Shown piece after piece: positions 52,297 to 64,000 of a DNA stretch of 64,000 bases. Every line of letters begins with the position of its first letter. Position 1 is the first letter of the stretch. A program made the position numbers and the translations under genes. The stretch comes from Eledone cirrhosa (taxonomy: Eukaryota), in the NCBI GenBank assembly GCA_964016885.1, contig CAXHJY010000377.1, forward strand, positions 1 through 64,000, in the 5' to 3' direction. Under the pieces are notes generated by a model that had not been told where the DNA came from, searched no databases, and saw only the letters and a list, made by a program, of their open reading frames with translations.

Positions 52297-52582
52297 CATG
52301 GTTATTTAAAACCTGGCATAGCCATCCCTTCTCTAAGTCTGATGATAACCAATTTCGTTCAGAGGAGGAAATAAAGAGAGTGATAGAGTGGACGTGAGAA
52401 ATGAGATATAGAATATACATTGACCCCAGTATTGGAGTGATACATGTTTACCGACCTCAAAAGGATGAAATGCAAAGGTGATACAGTATGTGTGTGTGTG
52501 ACAACTCACACCTATGCAGGTTTAGCTGGTCTCCTGCAAGGTATATCTCGTTGGGGGTGTTTTGGGTATTTTAATGATAGGG

Positions 52583-52810
52583 ACGTCGACGTATATATGG
52601 ATCCATTCGTATATCGACGTATATATGGAACCATACGTACGACTTCGTATATATGGAACCGTACGTACGTCGACGTATGTATGGAACCGTACGCACATCA
52701 ATGTATATATGGAACGGTACGTACATAGACGTATGTATGGAACCGTACATACATCGACGTATGTATGGAACCGTACATCGACGTATATATGGATCCATAT
52801 ATACCGACGT
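52583..52810. repeat. 28-bp CpG-rich minisatellite, about 8 units (tcgacgtatatatggaaccgtacgtac-)
   Basis: Units at 52586, 52614, 52642, 52670 and onward. Confidence 0.92.
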
Positions 52811-54164
52811 TTTCAGAAAAATTTCCTCAATTCATAAAGTCTCGTTATATGATAGGAGTGACTTTCTGGATTGTACTATAATGATTTAAATTATTTCGAA
52901 TATCAAATTGCTTTTATGTTGAGTTCCTTTGAAATAGACGGCTAATTATTGATGTTAAATTTGATGAATGCATGGCTGTTCTTTTGATTTATTTACATTA
53001 TCTGCATTGTTACATAGGATCGCTGGGTTTTTTTATATTATAGATTTGATATTATTCAAATTGCCTCGGCTAACCTTGCCAAGAATGTGTTTATTTGGGT
53101 TAATTAGACTGGTGTAGAAGTCAGGTGATTTCAGTTTAATACCCTGTCTTTGAAAAACAGATCCCCTTCCCCACCTAAACACACAAATCAGTATATCCTT
53201 ATCAGAATCCCCCAAACATCCGACCACAGCCATTCTCTTTCACATAAACACACAATCACAATCACACATGTTCCCATATGATATAAAGCGAATTTGTAAA
53301 TCTGTTGGAAACAGGAATATTGATTTTGTGAGGTTAGATTTTTTTTTATAAAGATACATACACACTAACATAAATACTCGCATATACACACTTAAAATTC
53401 ATTTTACACACATATGTATCTGTGAACGAATGTATAATACAACTAATATAGGATATCAAATGGCACAAATTAGCACAACCAACCAAGATGGCGATAGATT
53501 CGCTGTGATAATGTATGTTTTGAAAATAATAATCTAAAATACTTATGAATTACTAATTTTTAAACGTCTCATCGAAAGTTTTGAATATGACCTATTTAAC
53601 TGTGACAGCAGTTTCGTTAAGAGAGTCGCATAACAATCATTTTGTCTCGGTTTCCATCCGACTACGTTTCATCCTGCAAAAGTATTATTTATGACATCCG
53701 CAGGTCGAACCGTGCCTTCTGCGAGAAATATTGTACAAGGAAACTGTTTTGAAGCTTGTCGGGTGAGGGGAAACTGTTTAGAAGCCTGTTGGATGCATTG
53801 AGGTGATCTTTTCACACATTGTGTCACGTACTAAATCACCTTAAGACTTACATTAAATTCACACGTGTTTGTGGAATGACAGCTACTTACATGTTCATTT
53901 AATTAACAGGTTATTCCATTGATCAAGACTCGTGGTAGATAAATTATGATTTGTTAGATGGTTGTAAATATCAAATCAGTGTTGTAAATATCAAACACAT
54001 CTTGTCTAGAAACCATATGAAAAGAACGTGTAAATAAATATATAAGACGGTTATTTTGTGAAAAAAATAAATGCAATTATGATACTTACTCTACGGGGGA
54101 GATTTAAAATGCTTATGATAATTCATTAGGTAGAAATTGAATCAAGCTACAACAATAGGATTGA

Positions 54165-54330
54165 AGGCGCATAGCTTAGTGGTTAGAGCATTGGGCTTGC
54201 AATCGAAAGGTTGTAAGTTCAATTCTCTGACCGAGTGATGTGTTTTTTCCTGGAGCAAGTCACTTTATTTCACGTTGCTCCAGTTTACTCAGCTGTAGAA
54301 ATGAGATGATAGGACTGGGCTCCCTATCAT
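54165..54330 (+). mobile_element. tRNA-derived SINE (family B)
   Basis: A-box tagcttagtgg, B-box gttcaattc, body gagcaagtcactttatttcacgttgctccag..actcagctg. Confidence 0.7.
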
Positions 54331-55346
54331 TAAATCACTCAAGACACCTTCAACGAGATATACATTGCAGGAGGGCAAGTAAACCTTCATAGGTGTGAGC
54401 TGTAACAACAACAGCAATAACACCAATAGGATTCAAAACGCGACATTTGCTTATTTGTCAACTTATGCCAACTCAAATATATATATGTAATAAGTTGCTG
54501 GAATATGTATTATATTATGAAACTAAAACAAAATAAAACAAAGCTCCTACGAGTAGCGTTTGAAATACTTTTCTATATAATATATATCATGTTTGCAGTT
54601 ATTTTCTTCACAATGTCACTGTATTACATATATACTTCGCGTATCGTATGAATTTATCACGTTCTATTCTCATTCCCAGTCGGAATGTTTTTAGATATGC
54701 TACAGTTGTGTTTTGATGTAGTCTTTATATAGAATCTCTTGATACTACTATTACATTGTGGATATCCAATCACACATTCTATGAATAAATGGAACCGAGG
54801 AGGCATTATATTTATTATTATTTATTCATAAACATGTTTTATTCTTCTGTGTATGAATGCCTTATTTTAACTTTTCATCGTATTCTTCGTTAGGTTTTAT
54901 CTTGGAAATGTCTTGGTGGGTATCACAGGCGTCACGTAACATTTTTTTTATTGTTCATATATATTTTAGTTCGACTTGCATAACATTATGTAGCTTAGCA
55001 GTGTTCAGATCAACTGTATAGAATAATTTATCACACTCCTTTCAATGTGATATGATAAATATCATAAATATTAATATGGAAATATGTTATTTAGATTATA
55101 CATTAGATGTATACATATTTGTAATACAAAACATAAGAAAATTTTCTGTTGTTCAGTCGAGTAGTGGGTCTTTTACTATCGGCAACTACATGAAGTGCAT
55201 AGGTATAAGTGTGTCTATATTTCATTAAAAAATCATAAATTCCGTAGAAGGAAACAGTTGTATGAGCAATTCTTCTCATCTGAATTTACAAAGGAATTAG
55301 ATGTTTATAAAACGCTCAGCAAAATGTATTATTATGACACATAAAA

Positions 55347-55568
55347 AGGCGGTGGATTAGTAGAACCGGTAGAGTGTCGCATAAAATAATTTCGGGCATT
55401 TAGTTACATCTTTCTAAGTTCTGAGATCAAATCTCACCGAGAGTAGCTTTGCCTTTCATCCTTAGGAGGTCAATAAAAAAATACCAGTAACGGATTGGTG
55501 TCGATTTAATCGGCTTTCTCCCTTCCTTCCAATTGCTAGTCTTATGTCAATGTCAGAAAGAATTATTA
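55347..55568 (+). mobile_element. Old SINE-A long variant
   Basis: ggcggtggattag..ctttgcctttcatcctt..gtcgatttaatcg. Confidence 0.75.
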
Positions 55569-56739
55569 TGACATGGAAACATTAGATAGGTTTCTAGTTA
55601 CTAGGATAATTATATGTACAATGTGACATAAACTTAAGGTTTGATGCTATTCATTGATATTTAACAATTTACAGATGTCAGAATCAATATGAGGTAATGG
55701 TAACTATCTGTGGCAGTCAGAATAATGTTTATATATGCTGTCCTTATTTTCATTTAATAATGATTGCATTTAATTACAATAAGTGAATTTCAGTAAAATG
55801 TAAACCTATTCATAATTTAGTCGGGTCAGACAGTGTAATTTATGAAATTAAATTATTACATTTTAAAACAACAAAATATTTATTCGTGAAATCGATGTTG
55901 TTCATTTACATTTAACACAAATATTTCTTGTATCCATTCTGATTAGTTTAAACCACCTTGAAGCCCATAGTTTTCGTTTCAAAAAGTATAGTGGTTACAT
56001 TATCCGTATATACTCGACTGTCCTGGACCCCGATTTGAATGGAATGTTTTGCAATATAACTAAATACCTTCAGTATTCTAAAAAAGTATACAATATCAAT
56101 AATAGTTAACACCATTTATCATGAAAGGATGTTTGATAAAATCGAAAGCTTTAGATATATTTAATACGATATGGGCATGCTATGTTTAGATTCCTGTGTG
56201 TGTTGCCGTAGATACAGCAGCAATAATCGTACATATCTATGGAATATCAAATAGCGGCGAAAATCTGAGGCATTGTAAAGTCAACTGTATGAATTCATCA
56301 GTTATAAGAGCCTGAAATGACCAGCCTTGTCTTTTATTTACATAATTTACCAGTAGCGTTATCTCCACAAGGCTCATACAAACGGGAATGCTGCTAAAAT
56401 ACTGTCAATTGTAATTTACAGTGGCATTTGACGTCTACCAAAATAGTAAAATTAAGTTTGGCATGTAACTACAAATCTTGTGAATATACTATCGAAACAA
56501 ATCAATATTCCCTCGTGCAACCACATACAGTTTCTTATAGCCCACATCTTATCATTGCCTATTTGCATCTATTAACACCTCCTGTTGAAAGCTGCGCCAG
56601 ACCATCGAAATATGGGTTAAAGTATACGGTTTCCAGTCCACTGCTCCCATTTAGAGTATCAGAAAATTGTTCTAAAACTTCACAAAAGTAGACGTCAACA
56701 ATTATAGTGGTTCGCCAAATATCAACTTACCATGATAGC

Positions 56740-56975
56740 CTCAGTAATAGTAATGTTGGTGATGTTGTTGTTGTTGGTGTTGGTAATGGTGTTATTGTTG
56801 TTGGTGGTGATGATATTTGTAGTGGTGGTAGTAATGGTGGTTGATGTGATGGTGATGGTGATGGTGCTGATGGTCATAGTAGTGGTAGTGACTGTGGCGG
56901 TGGCGGTGATGGTGTTGATGGTGATGGTCTTGCTGCTGGTGGAGGTAGTTGTGAATGGGGTAGCAATGCTGTTAA
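56740..56975. repeat. Degenerate (GGT/GTT/GAT)n trinucleotide tract
   Basis: Direct reading. Confidence 0.85.
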
Positions 56976-58059
56976 TGAAAATCATAATAATCGTGTGTTG
57001 ATGGGACTCCCACATAAAGCTGAAGTGATAGCAAACAACTCCAGGTGAAGGAAAACTCCGAAATGAAACCAAATCCCGTTAACTAAAAATACCGAATTGC
57101 AGTATGGAGGATATTTAGTATTATTTCAAGGTTGGTATGAAGTCGTAGATATGACAATCATTCTAAAGATTAAGCCTCGAAAATGAAACTCGTGGAAGGA
57201 AAACTATATCGAAAACCAGAACTATTATAAAGGAATTGAATACTGATATCTTATTTAATTAACGGGGGAAAAGGAGTGGAACGTCAGTCGAAGCTATCTC
57301 ACCCCATCGGTGGTCTACTACATGGCTGGATGTGGGGGTGAGGAGCATATCGTTATGAATAACTGCCAGAATGAAATTGGAATAAATATAGCTGTGATGG
57401 AGTATTACTACTTGAGAAATCTGTATTAGGTCAATGGAGCAACAGACAAAGAATACAGAATATATGTAAAGAATGAGAACTACCAAATATTACTGAACAG
57501 AGGCTCCGTGACCAGGTCAGACATTGAAGAAATCTGTAAAAGAGCAGATGCTTCAGTTGAAGGTGTTAATAATGAGAGACTTGAGGCTGCAGTAATAGAA
57601 ACTGTAGCACATTAGACCAGTGAATGAGTGCAGGGTATTGCAAAATAAACTCTAGAGATATACATGAAAAAGTAAGTGGAGAAGAAGAAAAAGAAGGAGT
57701 ACTGATTAATGACACCGAATGATGGGGCTGTAACGCCAAACTGAAAAGAAAGTGCACTATGTTGGAGAGCAATATGGAGTAGAGAGGTAAATCACAACAA
57801 ACAAAGGATGGGAATCGTTGAAAGATTTGCAAAATTTAGACAGCTGAGATGACAGAGTAGATCATGATGAAAGGTGGTGTGAACAGACACCAGTGTGTGT
57901 TATTGAGAATGACAATTGAAAAATCCTTTGATATTTAATGATACAATAGTGGAGCACAGAAAGTCATAAATTATCTTTAAGGACAAATGCCAGAAGAAAT
58001 AGCTAATCATTAACATTACAGGTTCCACAGACAACAGTGGAAAAGAAATTGAGAGATCA

Positions 58060-58330
58060 CAGCTCCAATATTATGGACATGTGGCTAGAATACCTCACGA
58101 AAGAATCGCTGTATAGATTTCACGGGCAAAACCAACCGGCAGCAGATCCAGGGTTTGACCCTGTGGAAGATCGTTAGATAACATCCATGAGCTTGGCTGG
58201 TCTTGCTTGGTGATCCAGCCGGATCAGTTGGAGAGGGTTGCTTTTGATAGGAGTCGCTGGAAGGAGCGTTTGAAGACTCTGCCGTTACGACCCTCTCATG
58301 ACTATGTGGGCAAAGAAGAAGAGAAGAAGA
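58060..58330 (+). mobile_element. RTE-type LINE 3' fragment
   Basis: QLQYYGHVARIPHERI..KPTGSR followed by a (gaa)n tail; homologous to 29868-30140. Confidence 0.7.
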
Positions 58331-58805
58331 CAAGATAAACCAATGAAAGAAGAAAAAGGCCACATATTGATGATGGATGTCAGCGTTATACCGGTAAATG
58401 TATATCCAATGAGTGCTGCTTTCAGATACTTTTGAAGTCCATATAGGTAGAATGGGAGTGAAAATACAAGTATGTCTTTCAAAGGAAACAAAGTCTGTTG
58501 GGTACAGCTAGAATATTTCTTAAGGCTTTGATAAGGGAGAAGGGTTCTCGTAACCATGATTGTCTGTATGGAAAACAAACTGGACATATTAAACCCAATT
58601 GTCAAGATATATTACAATCAGCATCATTCTGGTCATTATGGTTTAACGGGGTCGATAAAATAAAGTACCAGTAATACAAGGATATGTAAGCTGGCCTTGT
58701 GCCAAAAGTAGAAACAATTATGGGTTAACCTCACCATCATCATTCTATGAGAAGAAAATGTAATGGAATAATGAAGTTATATTAAAATATTACTGTTAGC
58801 TGTTT

Positions 58806-58807
<2 letters not shown>

Positions 58808-58873
<66 letters not shown>

Positions 58874-58874
58874 T

Positions 58875-58916
<42 letters not shown>
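58808..58916. repeat. (TAC)n microsatellite
   Basis: Direct reading. Confidence 0.95.
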
Positions 58917-60523
58917 AATAGAGGTAGTAACCATTACATTTACTATGGTCAATTACGATACAGTATGTTACTTAGAGACTTTGAATATATTCATCTTAAA
59001 ACAAATAATAAAAACAAACATTCACAAACACTCCCAGATTTCTTCCAATACATACACAGAAGATAAAAGGAATAAATACAAGAATAAAGACAATATTCTC
59101 AGGAACTTCGTTCTGCAGATTTGTCAGTATTTCAGTCAAATAGAAAAATATATTGCTTTCTTTATAAAGTGTAGAGAGATTAGCGGTGTCAGTGGACATA
59201 ATCAGCTGCAGACGACATTAAATTCTGTATAATATGTATAGTTGTTTTATGTTAATATTATTGCACTGAAGATCTGTGAAATATCGAACAGTATATAAGT
59301 GTGTTGTTTTTTTGTCCTTCAAATATTATATAACTCTGAATTTGCTTTACATTCTCTGTCATTATTCATTGATTTACAACCTGTTTTTTGTGTAGGTGTT
59401 CTTTATCTGAATCCATCTACTTCATATTTTACTCCAGACACTTTAGATGTTTTTTATCATCCCTTAAAATATGCTCCTCATTTGTCCTTCTCGTTTCTTC
59501 TAGTTTTAACAATTTGTTATTTTCCTATGATTATTGAAATATTTCTTGTTTTTATTGTATATCTTATTCCATATATTGTACTATTGCCGAGCAGGCTGAC
59601 TTGTTGCTGTTATAGTTTAATATTATTAATATTTTTTTGTTTTTATTTTATTTATTTTTGGCTCTTTACCATATTTTATTCATCTTTTTTCTACTTCGCA
59701 TTATTCTGAATAAAAATATACACAATTCAAAAGAGTACAATCAATTTATTACAGAGGAAAATTGATCACTATTAGATCCTCTGATTTAGAGCTAAGCCGA
59801 TATGGTAATCATTTTTCAGAGATGAAGAGACATATTTCAAAAGCTATAATGAAATATTATATTTGCTTTATTGCAGACAACACTGATTTTGTTGAATTAT
59901 TTCCATATAAAACGTAATGATTTCTCTCAGCAATATAAAATATAACATTGGAAGATATGTTGCTTTGCTTAAAATGTAGCTATATTCACCAAGTAATATA
60001 CAATTTAACGTCCTCATGAATAAATCTTGCTCGATCCAGTTACCCTCATCAATACTTTAAAGCTGGATATGCATGACGATTATAGATTGAAACAATAATT
60101 TTTCATTTGAAAGTTGATTCTAATCTCATAAGTGAATATTAATACCTACAAACCTTAAACCAGTTTGATTAAAATTTCATTTGTGAATTATTTTTTATTT
60201 TTAAAATGAGAAATTCGAATGAATTTAACCTGTTTCGAGGAAAATTGAATTCATGCCTAACGGTTGACTGCTCGGTAATGCAGATACTAATAGTTATCTT
60301 AATACATACTGGATTACGATGTCTCTGAAAATTTAATGTCAGATCAAGTATGTGTATAATTTATTTACTCTTCTTTTGAGAGAAACTAGAAATGTACTAT
60401 CCGAAGATTTCGAATTTTTCTCCTCCTCAAAAATGTTATACATTTGAATTGACTATCTCAGATCCTTTATTTTATTTGCATAAAAATATATATATAAAAC
60501 AATGCATCTGCATCTAAGCGAGT

Positions 60524-60711
60524 TAATAATAATTGTTTCTACTATTGGCACAAGACCAGCAATTACCCAGTGCATTACTGGTAATTTATTTTATCGACCC
60601 CGTAAGGATGAAAGACAAAGTTAACCTCGGCGGGATTTGAACTCAGAGTGGCAAGGTAACTCTATGCGTCAAAGCATGGCGTCCGACCCTATACCGTTAC
60701 TGCCAATCTAC
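60524..60711 (-). mobile_element. SINE-A with TSD
   Basis: agcgagttaataataat at about 60517 and about 60712. Confidence 0.92.
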
Positions 60712-61453
60712 AGCGAGTTAATAATAATGAGTTTAGTTTATTTGATGACAATTTATTTAGTTTATTTGATCACAATTCCTAATTGATTAAAACGAATCAT
60801 TGATATATCATCAAGTGGGAGTTAGTCGTGATAAATAATTTGAAGTACGAATTACATGCGTATAGATCTTTATAATTTTAACATCTAAATGTAATCACCA
60901 CGGAAACGTAATAATTGTTTCTATTTTTGGCACAAGGCCATCAAATACACAGTACATTACTGCTACATTATTTTATCGACACCGTAAGGATTAGTTATTT
61001 TTACTTTTATAAACAGGGAAACAGGCTAGCCATATTTGTATATCAACTGAAATTAATAATATAAATTCCGTCCTCGTTCGGTAGTAACCTATTTCGTCTC
61101 ACAGGGCCTGTTAATTTTATATTTTGGCACAACAATCCTCCTTGAAAAAGGAACAAATGGACAGGATATCAAGAAGACAATGAATAACGTTTATAGCTGA
61201 TTCATCGGAATTAAAATACTATAAAATCAAATCTAATAAAAAACATTTGATGTACTAAGGAAAATAAAAGGAATGATGAACGTGCCAGAGCTCTGCTGTT
61301 TTGGGTGACGTGGAATAGGGATTAATGTTTATTTTAAGTGTTTGCTATGAGATTCAGTCGTTTGACACTGAAGGTAAGAAGATAAAAGTAGGCATTTCAT
61401 ACGTAAAACTTAGCGGAGTTTCACGCAGTTTCAAATTTGATAGATAAGTTAAA

Positions 61454-61643
61454 AATTATTTTCTACTTTTTGGCACAAGGCCAGCAATTAACAAAGTGCA
61501 TTACTGGTACTTTATTTTATCGACCCCGTAAGGATGAAAGGCAAAGTTAACCTTGGCGGGATTCGAACTCAGAATGGCAAGGGCCGTAACTCTATGCGGC
61601 AAAGCATAGCGTCCGACCCTCTACCGATACTGCCAATCCACCG
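61454..61643 (-). mobile_element. SINE-A full length with TSD
   Basis: agataagttaaaaat at about 61442 and about 61648. Confidence 0.92.
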
Positions 61644-62204
61644 TTATAAGATAAGTTAAAAATAATGTGGATCGAATTTACATCTAGAATGTCAGCATAA
61701 TATCGGAGTTCAATTAATTTATGTTCCAGAATCTATTAGACCTATTAGATTTATTATTCCCATCGGTCTACGAGAGAAATTTTATGGCAGAATCACAAAA
61801 ATCATCAACCCTACAATATGTACGGATTTCATGTATACTTCGTCGAGGTGGAATTGTAGTGTGTGTGAATTGAATGTGGTGTCGAAGATGTTTTTCTCAG
61901 GTAGATAAAAATGAAACTTTATATCTTCTCTGTCACAGCATATCTGGTTAGAAATATAAGCGCGGATACGGTTAATTCGTAAACGGAAGTCATCGGGTGA
62001 CAAAATTATAATTGGTGTTCATAAGTTATTTATTAGATGAAGTAAGATCAGCATACAAGGTGCTACATCAGAGAACTTAAATAGCAAACTTTCCTGTTAG
62101 ACAATGTTCAAGAATTTGTTGTCGAAATCATATCGAGTTACGTGGACGAATTCCAAATAGGAATTAGATGACATGTTATCGGATATCTTTCGGTCTATCT
62201 CCGA

Positions 62205-62450
62205 CAGGTTTCTGGTTGTACCCTTGGCAGGGGAGACTTTTGGTGTCCTCGGCCCTAAGGCTACCTACCTACTCACCACCATAGGTGTTGAACTGGCCAG
62301 CCGCAGGTGTGAGCCCCGCAAGTTGGAATGACTTTTTCAGCGCGTCTCCTTTGCCGTTCTCCGGGGAAACGCCTTCTCTATTCCGTCCGTGGCGGCTGTG
62401 GGAAGGCCACCAACATGATTGACTGACTTTTCATTTCATCAGTCAGATGC
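62205..62450 (+). mobile_element. CRE-like LINE 3' fragment
   Basis: Reverse-complement match to 31372-31605 and 9620-9870. Confidence 0.8.
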
Positions 62451-63011
62451 TTTTAGACCCATTGTGTGTATGTACATTCACATATTCAGTTTGTCTATAA
62501 CCCCTCCTTTACGGTATTTTATTGTAAAAGAAAGTATTCTTTCAAGTGTTTGCTTCTATTGAAATAGAAAAACTCAAAAGGAGATGGCTTATCCAAGTCA
62601 GCTTGAATTCTAGGATTTAAAAAATTTATTGTTATAACTCCGAAAGTTAAAGAACAAATATCTTTGTTTGAGTAAATGCTACGAATAGCACAGAACAGAG
62701 GAAATGAACGAGGAAGACAATGGATGAAATATACATAATAGTAGTTCTTTCAATTTATTTTGAATTTAACTGTATATGTTGTTCAAAAATTTCATGTAAT
62801 ATTAATAATTTTGAGATAGAACGGAGAAAACATATTAAATATATTCTTTGTGTCCCATTTTGCCTATATATATATGTATATATATATATTATACGTTTTT
62901 GAGCGACGTATCAAAAATAAATTAATACAACATACACACGAAAAAGTAAAGAAATCAAACACTAATCTATATCTGTACCTATCTTTCCACTCTGCTTGCC
63001 TCTATATCCCT

Positions 63012-63166
<155 letters not shown>

Positions 63167-63221
63167 CGTTTCTGAATTTGTTTAGCAAGATTCTTTATCT
63201 GAAATCGTGTGTTGAAACCGA

Positions 63222-63603
<382 letters not shown>

Positions 63604-63609
63604 TATATG

Positions 63610-63770
<161 letters not shown>

Positions 63771-64000
63771 ACAAACACACACACACATATATATATGTAT
63801 ATATATATATATATATATTTGTGTGTGTGAGCGTGTGTAGTGCGTGTGTTATATGTATATACTCGTTTGCAGATATACATAAATTATAATAAAAAAATAA
63901 TTATATATACGCAAAGGTAAAATCATCGCATGAATTATATTAAAGTTGATTAATTTCAACTTTTTACTTTAATATATTTATAAAACATATTTTCAAGTTG

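Noticed and set aside
51845-52420. 191-aa repeat-protein ORF, or a CRISPR-like array
   Set aside because: It is a contiguous 54-bp minisatellite without unique spacers. The ORF ends inside a SINE, there are no cas genes, and the context is eukaryotic.
54165-54240. tRNA gene
   Set aside because: A and B boxes are present but there is no complete cloverleaf, and it continues into a SINE body.

Overview
AT-rich, microsatellite-saturated animal genomic DNA. It is most likely a cephalopod/octopus intergenic or intronic region; this is inferred from the repeat families and the (TA)n/(CA)n density and is not proven. I recognise no intact host gene. The only long ORF (34875-38420, +) is an apparently uninterrupted RTE-clade LINE: APE endonuclease, RT and three C-terminal C2H2 fingers. 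The rest is a retroelement graveyard: about 20 copies of a tRNA-derived SINE (several with clear TSDs), 8 truncated CRE-like RLE LINE 3' ends, an R4/Dong-like fragment, RTE 3' fragments, two internally deleted non-autonomous RTE derivatives, three coding Penelope-like element (PLE) fragments, and a decayed GGACT-like pseudogene. The most striking hidden signal is about 10 type-I hammerhead ribozyme (HHR) motifs, read by eye. They lie in unrelated PLE terminal repeats embedded in or beside (TA)n tracts, and many are arranged as tail-out inverted repeats. Three carry the compensatory U3:A8 core (UUGANAA). Most short ORFs in the supplied track are microsatellite translation artefacts. Coordinates were counted by hand, so element boundaries are approximate.
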